A DNA stretch of 64,000 nt from Lytechinus pictus (taxonomy: Eukaryota). Below, one piece after another: positions 43,501 through 55,500 of this stretch (positions are counted from its first letter, which is position 1; every line of letters starts with the position of its first letter). A program made the position numbers and the translations under genes. The DNA lies in the NCBI RefSeq assembly GCF_037042905.1, contig NC_087263.1:9364001-9428000 (forward strand). Direction: 5' to 3'. The notes beneath the pieces were generated by a model. The model had not been told where the DNA came from. It made no database searches and saw only the letters and a program-made list of their open reading frames with translations.

Positions 43501-46500
43501 ACCACAGGTAAATTGTGAAACAGTCCATGATGACATTGAAGTTAGATTGATAGTTGAAACTGTGTCATATTGTACATATGCATTACCACAGTATTCCACA
43601 CTTCTATCATGCAAAGTTTTCACTTGAAAAAAATAAAAACATAATGTCACAATTGTCTGTATATATTGAAATGTTTATCACAGTAATGTAACAACAAAGA
43701 ATAAAACCATGGTATAGTCAACATAAACATACTAGAGGTATACATGTATATTGCACAGTAAAATCACATACAGTATTTAAGTTCCTGTAGACTTTGATAT
43801 CGGTACTGTCATAAGAAAGTTGCACTAAAAAAGATGTGATGGTAAAAATGAATGCTCCACTGATGCTGATATATCTTGTGAGCTCACAAGTGCAATTCAT
43901 ATAGCAGATGTAAAAATTAGAACTTTACGTACATGTATGTTTAAAGGACAAGTCCACCCCAACAAAAAGTTGATTTGAAAAAAAGGAGAAAAATCCAACA
44001 AGCAAAACACTGAAAATTTCATCAAAATCGGATGTAAAATAAGAAAGTTATGACATTTTAAAGTTTCGTTTAATTTTACAAAACAGTTATACATGTATGC
44101 ACATCCTGGTCGGTATGCAAATTGGCAGACTGATGACGTCCCCCACTCACTATTTCTTTTGTATTCTATTATATGAAATATGAAATATTCTAATTTTCTC
44201 CTCCTTGTCAAGTGAAACAAAGTTTTATTTCTCCCTGAACATGTGGAATTACCATTATTTTAACAGTTTATGGTTACGTTTAGTTGTTCCTTATTGTCAA
44301 ATCTGTAAAAATTGAAATATTGTATTATTCAAACAATAAAAAATGAAATAGTGCGTGATGGACATCATCGACTCTCTCATTTGCATATCGCTGAGTTGTG
44401 CATTTGACTGTTTTGTGAAAAATAAGCGAAACTTGAAAATGTCATTACTTTCTTATTTTACATCCGATTTCGATGAAATTTGCAGCGTTGTTTGTTTGAT
44501 TTTTCTTTATCGATTCAAATAAACAATTTTCTTGGGTGGACTTGACCTTTAATACCGCAAACCCCATGTGTGGTGATGCTATGGCCCGTATTCTGAATTC
44601 AGGTTTAACTTAGACCATGGTCTAACTCTGTACTAAAATTATGGGAAGCCAAACGTTTCAAAATTTTGTTTACAGTGACTGCTTCTCATGTTAACTGTGC
44701 TCTTCACTAATTATTTAATGGTGAAGACAATTGTCATATTTATCTTTCCTAGGCAGTTTGTAATGTTTTGGGAGTCAAATGAGCTGATACATTGAACCTC
44801 TAATGTTAGAGATTTATGTAACAACTGGCTTTCCACAGTTAAATCACAACTTAAAACCAGAGTTTAAATTAAACCCAACTTCAGAATACAGGCCTTAGAG
44901 TAGAAAAGAAAGGTGCTACATGACTCGTACTCCTGCCAATAATCGCACAATGATAATTTCCCCCACTAAACTAATTAAGTTTGCCAGGTAAGAAGGGTGG
45001 ATACTTTTTGCTAAATTATGTAACAAGGTAGAAATAATGACATCAATAGGTCAAACCAGGCTGAATTGCCAAGGTCGAACAACCATAGTTGAACCACAGT
45101 TGAACCACAGTTACAAAAGCAGTTACACAAGCACAGTTGAACCACAGTTGAATAGCCATGGTTAAACCACAGTTGAATAGCCATGGTTAAACCGCAGTTA
45201 AATAGCCATGGTTAAACCGCAGTTAAATAGCCATGGTTGAATCACATTTGAATAGCCATGGTTAAACCGCAGTGAAATAGTCATGGTTGAACCACAGTTG
45301 AATAGCCATGGTTGAACCACAGTTAAATGACCATTGTTGAACCACAGTTAAATAGCCATGGTTGAACCACAGTTGAATAGCCATGGTTAATTCACAGTTG
45401 AATAGCCATGGTTGAACCACATTTGAATAGCAATGGTTGAACCACAGTTGAATAGCCATGGTTGAACCACAGTTAAATAGCCATGGTTGAACCACAGTTA
45501 AATACCGTGGTTGAACCACAGTTAAATAGCCATGGTTGAACCACAGTTGAATAGCCATGGTTGAACCACAGTTAAATAGCCATTGTTGAACCACAGTTGA
45601 ATAGACATGGTTGATCCACAGTTAAATATCCATGGTTGAACCACTGTTGAATAGCCATGGTTGAACGAGTTGAACCACAGTCAAACAACCACAGTTGAAC
45701 TAAAGTTAAACAACCATTGGAGAAATAACAGTTTAACAACCATATTTAACCATAGTTGACCAACAGTTGAACAACCACAGGTGAAACTGACACAACTGAA
45801 ATAACCAATTGTGTATTGACATACATGTAATCTAGTGAACATCATTGTTAACCCATCTTTGAATCTTCTACATGTACCTCTAGAAAAGGAGCGAATGTGG
45901 CAGAAGCTAATGAGTGATTGCCATGTTCCCATATTAAATATCTTCCATCTACTCACAAGCAGTAAGGACAATTGAAGCTGAGTTTCTCTGCGAGTTACTC
46001 AAACTCGTAACTGTCATCGTGTAATCAGCTCCTGGAGTATCTAACCCCTCACAAGAGGCAAGGTACCCCATGCCTTGGACTGTGGCGATCGTCCCGTTGC
46101 CACCACTGCACAGAATCTCAAATTCTTCCACAACGCCTCCAGGAAACTGCCATGTTGCAGTCACAGAAGTTGTAGTAGAGTTTCCAGGGATAAGGTCAAC
46201 ATTTAGTGGTACTGTGTTTTGGTTGTGAAAGAAGTAATACACATATTATGGTACTGTACTTATGCAAATGAAGAATCAAATCCTAAGAAAGTACAAGAAA
46301 CAAAATGAATTTCAAGAGCATATTCTATCAATCTTAAATACAAAGTAATCTAAAACTTCATTATTTTTCTTCAAAGAGCAAGCAACAATGATGATAAAAG
46401 AAATGACAAATGAGAATTTCTAATCAATCTTGATTAATATTGCCACTGAATATCAGAGGTTGGATCATCAGGTAAAAATACAGTACAGATTTAAGAGTTA

Positions 46501-49500
46501 AAGGAAATGTACAACTCAGATTTCAAAATTAAATTTTTACAGAATAATATCAATTTTAAACATTATTCCAACAAATTCACAAGTCCATTATAGAAATAAA
46601 TCAAATTATATATTCTAATGATGCTTCACCATGTACTTTTATGGTATTCTAGGTGTGAGGCCAAGTAAGACATCTTGGGTTCTATTGACACTTACAAGCT
46701 GTGAGTACGATGCTTGCTGAGTTTCTCTGTCCGTTGCTAACACTCGTAACAATCAAGGTGTAATTATCTCCTGGTGTATCAAGTTCTTCACATAAGGCAA
46801 GATATCCCATGCCTTCAACACCACTCATCATTTTAGTTCCGTTGTTGCACTCAACTTCAAACTCATCTACAACACCGCCAGGAAACTCCCATGTTGCACT
46901 CACAGACGTTGTGGTAGAGTTACCGGCAACTAAGTTGACACTTAGGGGTACTAGAAGTTGATATGTATGGAGATAGTTTGATTGTCGGTTATTGGGAGGA
47001 ATTAATGAGGTGGTTTTTTACACTAAGAATGAAAATTAAATGTGGATATGAATTGATTGAAATTAGCAAATGCATATTTAGAAGAGTAATTTTGGGGAAG
47101 ATTCTATTATTTTTAAATGATTGCTGAGTGTGATTTTAATAAGAAAGAAAATAGTTATTGTTTGAAAAGCAATTCTTGTTCTTCCTCAATAAAAATCAAC
47201 ATACATTGTATGATATGAGTAATTCACAATGTTGTTAAAAAATATAAGTAATGGAATGTGGAGCATTGTAGAGGAAATTAAGTTGTCCCTATTTTCTTAT
47301 ACTGTTGTAGTTTAATAAGGAAGATTTAAAGCAAGATAGAGATTTAAAAAACAATTGGTTTATGTGTTAAAATGATTTTAAACTAATGTTGGATGAGATG
47401 TATGATAGTGAAGAGATGAGTTTATGATGACTGATATCTTCAGTAATCATAGCAAAGCTTTCTCCTTGGATCACTTACAAGCTGTGAGTACGATGCTTGC
47501 TGAGTTTCTCTGTCCATTGCTAACACTCGTAACAATCATGGTGTAATTATCTCCTGGTGTATCGAGTTCTTCACATGAGGCAAGATATCCCATGCCTTCA
47601 ACACTACTCATCATTTTAGTTCCATTGTTGCATTCAACTTCAAACTCATCTACAACACCTCCAGGAAACTCCCATGTTGCACTCACAGACGTTGTGGTAG
47701 AGTTACCGGCAACTAAGTTGACACTTAGGGGTACTAGAAGTTGATATGTATGGAGATAGTTTGTCGGTTATTGGGAGGAATTAATGAGGTGGCTTTTTAC
47801 ACTTAAGACTGTCAACTTCACCCATGTCCACATTTCATTCACTCTATCCATAACCTTTCAAAGTTATGATGGCACTTCAACAATTACCCCAACATGGCCT
47901 AAGTTTATTGACCTTAACTGACCTTTGACTTGGTTTTGTGACCTGAAACTCACAGGGGATGTTCAGTGATACTTGATTACTCGTATGTCCAAGTTTTATG
48001 AACTAGATCCATAAACTTTCAGAGCTAGGATGGTAATTTAACATATACCCCCAACACGGCCAAAGTTCATTGACCTTAAATGACCATTGACCATGGTCAT
48101 GTGACCTGAAACTCAGGCAGGATGTTCACTAATACTTGATTAACCTTATGTCCAAGTTTCATGGACTAGATCCATAAATTTTCAAAGTTATGATGTCATT
48201 TCAAAAACTTAAACTTCGGTTAAGATTTTGAAAATAATTTTCCCAACATGGTCTAAGTTCATTGACCCTAAATGACCTTTGACCTTGGTCATGTGACCTG
48301 AAACTCATGCAGGATATTCAGTAATACTTGATTGACCTTATGTCCAAGTTTCATGAACTAGGTCCATATACTTTCTAAGTTATGATGTCATTTCAAAAAC
48401 TTAACCTTAGGTTAAGATTTGATGTTGACGCCGCCGCCACCGTCGGAAAAGCGGCGCCTATAGTCTCGCTCTGCTATGCAGGCGAGACAAAAAACCATTG
48501 GTTTATGTGTAAAAATAATTTTGAACTACTGTTGAATGAATATGGAGATGTATGATAGTGAACAGATGAGTTTAGGATGACAGATGTCTTCAGTTATCAT
48601 AGCAAAGTTTTCTCCTTGGATCACTTACAAGCTGTGAGTACGATGCTTGCCGAGTTTCTCAGTCCGTTGCTAACACTCATAACAATCAAGGTGTAATTAT
48701 CTCCTGGTGTATCGAGTTCTTCACATGAGGCAAGATATACCATGCCTTCAACACTATTCATCATTTTAGTTCCATTGCTGCACTCAACTTCAAACTCATC
48801 TACAACACCTCCAGGAAACTCCCATGTTGCACTCACAGACGTTGTGGTAGAGTTACCGGCAGCTAAGTTGACGCTTAGGGGTACTAGAAGTGGATATTGT
48901 ATGGAGATAGTTTGACTGTCGGTTATTGTGAGGAATTGGTTAAATGGTTTCTGGCACTAAATGTATCTACATGTAGGAATCATAGTTCAATGTAATTAGG
49001 AATTGGCTTACACAGCCAGATATATTCACAGAGATTTTTTTCTCTTTATTCCTCATAAGATGTTTAGCAACGAAATAGGGCGCCAATTATCTAAGAGTTT
49101 TTTATCACCCTTTTTATACAATAAGGTAAGTATGCCCTGTCTTTGTGTACAAGACATCTGTTTCTTTTCATGACCTTCATTGAGACTATCAATTACCATA
49201 TATTTGATTTCCTCAAACTAAGTTGACGCTTAGGGGTACTAGAAGTGGATATTGTATAGAGATAGTTTGACTGTTGGGTTATTGTGAATAATCGATGAGA
49301 TGGTTTTTAAAACTAAGAATGAAAATTGAATGTGGTTATGAATTGATTGAAATTAGCATAATGCATATTTAGGAGAATAATTTTGGGGACAATTCTATCA
49401 TTTTTTTAATGATTGCTGAGTATGATTGTAATAAGAAAGAAAAGAGTTATTGATTGAAAGGCAATCTTTGTTCTTCATCAATAAAAATCAACATACATTT

Positions 49501-52500
49501 TATGATATGAGTAATTCATAATGTTATTCCAAGATATTAGTAACAGAATGTGGAATATTGTAGACACAATTAAGTTGCCCCTATTTTCTTATACTTTTGT
49601 AGTCTAATAATCAAGATTTATAGCAAGATAGAGAGAAAAAACAATTGGTTTATGTGTAAAAATGATTTTAAAGTACTGTTGGATGAATATGTAGATGTAT
49701 GATAGTGAACAGATGAGTTTAGGATGGCTGATGTCTTCAGTAATCATAGCAAAGTTTTCTCCTTGGATCACTTACAAGCTGTGAGTACGATGCTTGCTGA
49801 GTTTCTCAGTCCGTTGCTAACACTCGTAACAATCATGGTGTAATTATCTCCTGGTGTATCAAGTTCTTCACATGAGGCAAGATATACCATGCCTTCAACA
49901 CTACTCATCATTTTAGTTCCATTGTTGCACTCAACTTCAAACTCATCTACAACACCTCCAGGAAACTCCCATGTTGCACTCACAGACGTTGTGGTAGAGT
50001 TACCGGCAACTAAGTTGACACTTAAGGGTACTAGAAATAGATATTGTATTGATATAGTTTGATTGTCAGTTAGTGTGAGAAATTGATGAGATGGTTTTTT
50101 ACACTAAGAATGAAAATTCAATGTGGATATGAATTGATTCAAATTAGCACTATGTATATTTAGAAGAGTAATTTTGGGGACGATTCTATTATTTTTAAAT
50201 TATTGCTGAGTGTGATTTTAATAAGAAAGAAAATAGTTATTGTTTGAAGAGCAATTCTTGTTCTTCCTCAATAAAAATCATCATACATTGTATGATATGA
50301 GTAATTCACAATGTTGATAAAAATATTAGTAATGGAATGTGGAGCATTGTAGGGGAAATTAAGTTGTCCCTATTTTCTTATACTCTTGTAGTTTAATAAG
50401 CAAGATTTATAGCAAGATAGATATAAAAAAACAATTGGTTTATGTGTAAAAATGATTTTAAACTAATGTTGGATGAGATGTACATTTATGATAGTGAAGA
50501 GATGAGCTTAGGATGAGTGATATCTTCAGTAATCATAGCAAAGTGTTCTCCTTAGATCACTTACAAGCTGTGAGTACGATGCTTGCTGAGTTTCTCTGTC
50601 CGTTGCTAACACTTGTAACAATCACGGTGTAATTATCTCCTGGTGTATCAAGTTCTTCACATGAGGCAAGATACCCTATGCCTTCAACACTACTCATCAT
50701 TTTAGTTCCATTGTTGCACTCAACTTCAAACTCATCTACAACACCTTCAGGAAACTCCCATGTTGCACTCACAGACGTTGTGGTAGAGTTACCGGCAAAT
50801 AAGTTGACACTTAGGGGTACTAGAAGTTGATATGTATGGAGATAGTTTGATTGTCGGTTATTGGGAGGAATTAATGAGGTGGTTTTTTACACTAAGAATG
50901 AAAATTCAATGTGGTTATGAATTGATTTAAATTAGTATAATGTACATTTAGAATAATTTGGGGGACAATTGTATTATTTTTAATGATTGCTGAGTATGAT
51001 TGTAATAAGAAAGAAAAGAGTCATTGTTTGAAAAGCAATCCTAATTCTTCCTCAATAAAAATCAACATACATTGTATGATATGGGTAATTATCAATGTTG
51101 TTCAAAGACATTAGTAAAAGAATGTGGAGTATTGTAGAGGAAATTAAGTTGCCCCTATTTTATTATACTTTTGTAGTCTAATAATCAAGATTTATAGCAA
51201 GATAGAGAGAAAAAACAATTGGTTTATGTGTAAATATGATTTTAAACTACTGTTGGATGAATATGGAGATGTACATGTATGATAGTGAACAGATGAGTTT
51301 AGGATATCTGATATCTTCAGTAATCATAGCAAAGTTTTCTCCTTGGATCACTTACAAGCTGTGAGTACGATGCTTGCTGAGTTTCTCTGTCCATTGCTAA
51401 CACTCGTAACAATCATGGTGTAATTATCTCCTGGTGTATCAAGTTCTTCACATGAGGCAAGATATTCTATGCCTTTAACAGTACTCATTATTTTAGTTCC
51501 ATTGTTGCATTCAACTTCAAACTCATCTACAACACCTCCAGGAAACTCCCATGTTGCACTCACAGACGTTGTGGTAGAGTTACTGGCAACTAAGTTGACA
51601 CTTAGGGGTACTAGAAGTGGATATTGTATGGAGATAGTTTGACTGTTAGGTTATTTTGAATAATTGATGAGATGTTTTTTTATAATAAGAATGATGATTT
51701 AATGTAATAAGGAATTGGTCAACATTAGCAGATATATTAGAGAGATAATCTTACTGTTATCTCTGATAGGTGATTGTGATTACCAGAAGCCACAAAAATA
51801 TCTAGCATTGTTTGAGAAGAAATTTAAAAAAAATAGAAGCCCTCTATGATTCCAAAGTTAATAAATCAAATAAATAATTCCTGATATTTCAAATTGAATG
51901 TAATTATTTTAGTGCACATTCAAACAAAAATAAAGTTGATTCTTCAATTAAAAATCTGTTTAAACTCCATTCATCCCATCTTACTTGCCCTTCCTGTTTT
52001 TACTGTTCTAATCTGCATATTCATGTAATAATCATTATTTTTAGAAAAATATTTTGTCAATACATAATATCAATTTCAAATTATTATGAGGATGATGATA
52101 TTAATGTTATGAAGGTGAAAAGATGAATTTAGGATGACTGATGTCTTCAGTAATCATAGCAAAGTTTTCTCCTTGGATCACTTACAAGCTGTGAGTATGA
52201 TGCTTGCTGAGTTTCTCTGTCCGTTGCTAACACTCGTAACAATCATGGTGTAATTATCTCCTGGTGTATCAAGTTCTTCACATGAGGCAAGATATACCAT
52301 GCCTTCAACACCACTCATCATTTTAGTTCCATTGTTGCATTCAACTTCAAACTCATCTACAACACCTCCAGGAAACTCCCATGTTGCACTCACAGACGTT
52401 GTGGTAGAGTTACCGGCAACTAAGTTGACGCTTAGGGGTACTAGAAGTAGATATGTATGGAGATAGTTTGATTGTCGGTTATTGGGAGGAATTAATGAGG

Positions 52501-55500
52501 TGGTTTTTTACACTAAGAATGAAAATTCAATGTGGTTATGAATTGATTTAAATTAGTATAATGTACATTTAGAATAATTTGGGGGACAATTGTATTATTT
52601 TTAATGATTGCTGAGTATGATTGTAATAAGAAAGAAAAGAGTCATTGTTTGAAAAGCAATCCTAATTCTTCCTCAATAAAAATCAACATACATTGTATGA
52701 TATGGGTAATTATCAATGTTGTTCAAAGATATTAGTAAAAGAATGTGGAGTATTGTAGAGGAAATTAAGTTGCCCCTATTTTATTATACTTTTGTAGTCT
52801 AATAATCAAGATTTATAGCAAGATAGAGAGAAAAAACAATTGGTTTATGTGTAAATATGATTTTAAACTACTGTTGGATGAATATGGAGATGTACATGTA
52901 CATGTATGATAGTGAACAGATGAGTTTAGGATATCTGATATCTTCAGTAATCATAGCAAAGTTTTCCCCTTGGATCACTTACAAGCTGTGAGTACGATGC
53001 TTGCTGAGTTTCTCTGTCCATTGCTAACACTCGTAACAATCATGGTGTAATTATCTCCTGGTGTATCAAGTTCTTCACATGAGGCAAGATATCCCATGCC
53101 TTCAACACCACTCATCATTTTAGTTCCATTGTTGCACTCAACTTCAAACTCATCTACAACACCTCCAGGAAACTCCCATGTTGCACTCACAGACGTTGTG
53201 GTAGAGTTACTGGCAACTAAGTTGACACTTAGGGGTACTAGAAGTGGATATTGTATGGAGATAGTTTGACTGTTAGGTTATTTTGAATAATTGATGAGAT
53301 GTTTTTTTATAATAAGAATGATGATTTAATGTGATAAGGAATTGGTCAACATTAGCAGATATATTAGAGAGATAATCTTACTGTTATCTCTGATAGGTGA
53401 TTGTGATTACCAGAAGCCACAAAAATATCTAGCATTGTTTGAGAAGAAATTTAAAAAAAATAGAAGCCCTCTATGATTCCAAAGTTAATAAATCAAATAA
53501 ATAATTCCTGATATTTCAAATTGAATGTAATTATTTTAGTGCACATTCAAACAAAAATAAAGTTGATTCTTCAATTAAAAATCTGTTTAAACTCCATTCA
53601 TCCCATCTTACTTGCCCTTCCTGTTTTTACTGTTCTAATCTGCATATTCATGTAATAATCATTATTTTTAGAAAAATATTTTGTCAATACATAATATCAA
53701 TTTCAAATTATTATGAGGATGATGATATTAATGTTATGAAGGTGAAAAGATGAATTTAGGATGACTGATGTCTTCAGTAATCATAGCAAAGTTTTCTCCT
53801 TGGATCACTTACAAGCTGTGAGTACGATGCTTGCTGAGTTTCTCTGTCCGTTGCTAACACTCGTAACAATCATGGTGTAATTATCTCCTGGTGTATCAAG
53901 TTCTTCACATGAGGCAAGATATCCCATGCCTTCAACACCACTCATCATTTTAGTTCCATTGTTGCACTCAACTTCAAACTCATCTACAACACCTCCAGGA
54001 AACTCCCATGTTGCACTCACAGACGTTGTGGTAGAGTTACCGGCAACTAAGTTGACACTTAGGGGTACTAGAAGTAGATATGTATGGAGATAGTTTGATT
54101 GTCGGTTATTGGGAGGAATTAATGAGGTGGTTTTTTACACTAAGAATGAAAATTCAATGTGGTTATGAATTGATTTAAATTAGTATAATGTACATTTAGA
54201 ATAATTTGGGGGACAATTGTATTATTTTTAATGATTGCTGAGTATGATTGTAATAAGAAAGAAAAGAGTCATTGTTTGAAAAGCAATCCTAATTCTTCCT
54301 CAATAAAAATCAACATACATTGTATGATATGGGTAATTATCAATGTTGTTCAAAGATATTAGTAAAAGAATGTGGAGTATTGTAGAGGAAATTAAGTTGC
54401 CCCTATTTTATTATACTTTTGTAGTCTAATAATCAAGATTTATAGCAAGATAGAGAGAAAAAACAATTGGTTTATGTGTAAATATGATTTTAAACTACTG
54501 TTGGATGAATATGGAGATGTACATGTACATGTATGATAGTGAACAGATGAGTTTAGGATATCTGATATCTTCAGTAATCATAGCAAAGTTTTCCCCTTGG
54601 ATCACTTACAAGCTGTGAGTACGATGCTTGCTGAGTTTCTCTGTCCATTGCTAACACTCATAACAATCATGGTGTAATTATCTCCTGGTGTATCAAGTTC
54701 TTCACATGAGGCAAGATATACCATGCCTTCAACATTACTCATCATTTTAGTTCCATTGTTGCACTCAACTTCAAACTCATCTACAAAACCTCCAGGAAAC
54801 TCCCATGTTGCACTCACAGACGTTGTAGTAGAGTTACCGGCAACTAAGTTGACGCTTAGGGGTACTAGAAGTAGATATTGTATGGAGATACATGTAGTTT
54901 GATTGTCAGTTATTGTGAGGAATTGATGAGATGGTTTTTTACACTAAGAATGAAAATTTAATGTGGTAATGAATTGATTGAAATTAGCACTATGTATATT
55001 TAGGAGAGTAATTTTGGGGACAATTCTATTTTTTTAATGTTTGCTGAGTGTGATTTTAATAAGAAAGAAAATAGTTATTGTTTGAAAATTCTTCTTTGTT
55101 CTTCCTCAATAAAAATCAACATATATTGTATGATATGAGTAATTCTCAATGTTGTTCAAAGATATTAGTAAAAGAATGTGGAGTATTGTCGAGAAAATTA
55201 AGTTGTCCCTATCTTCTTATACTTTTGCAGTCTGACAATCAAGATTAATAGCAAGATAGAATGAAAAAACAATTGGTTTATGTGTAAATATGATTTTGAA
55301 CTACTGTTGAATGAATATGGAGATGTATGATAGTGAAAAGATGAACTTAGGATGAGCGATATCTTCAGTAATCATAGCAAAGTGTTCTCCTTAGATCACT
55401 TACAAGCTGTGAGTACGATGCTTGCTGAGTTTCTCTGTCCATTGCTAACACTCGTAACAATCATGGTGTAATTATCTCCTGGTGTATCAAGTTCTTCACA

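Noticed and set aside
45085..45780. CRISPR-like array
   Set aside because: Repeats are head-to-tail with no unique spacers, there are no cas genes, and the context is a eukaryotic intron.
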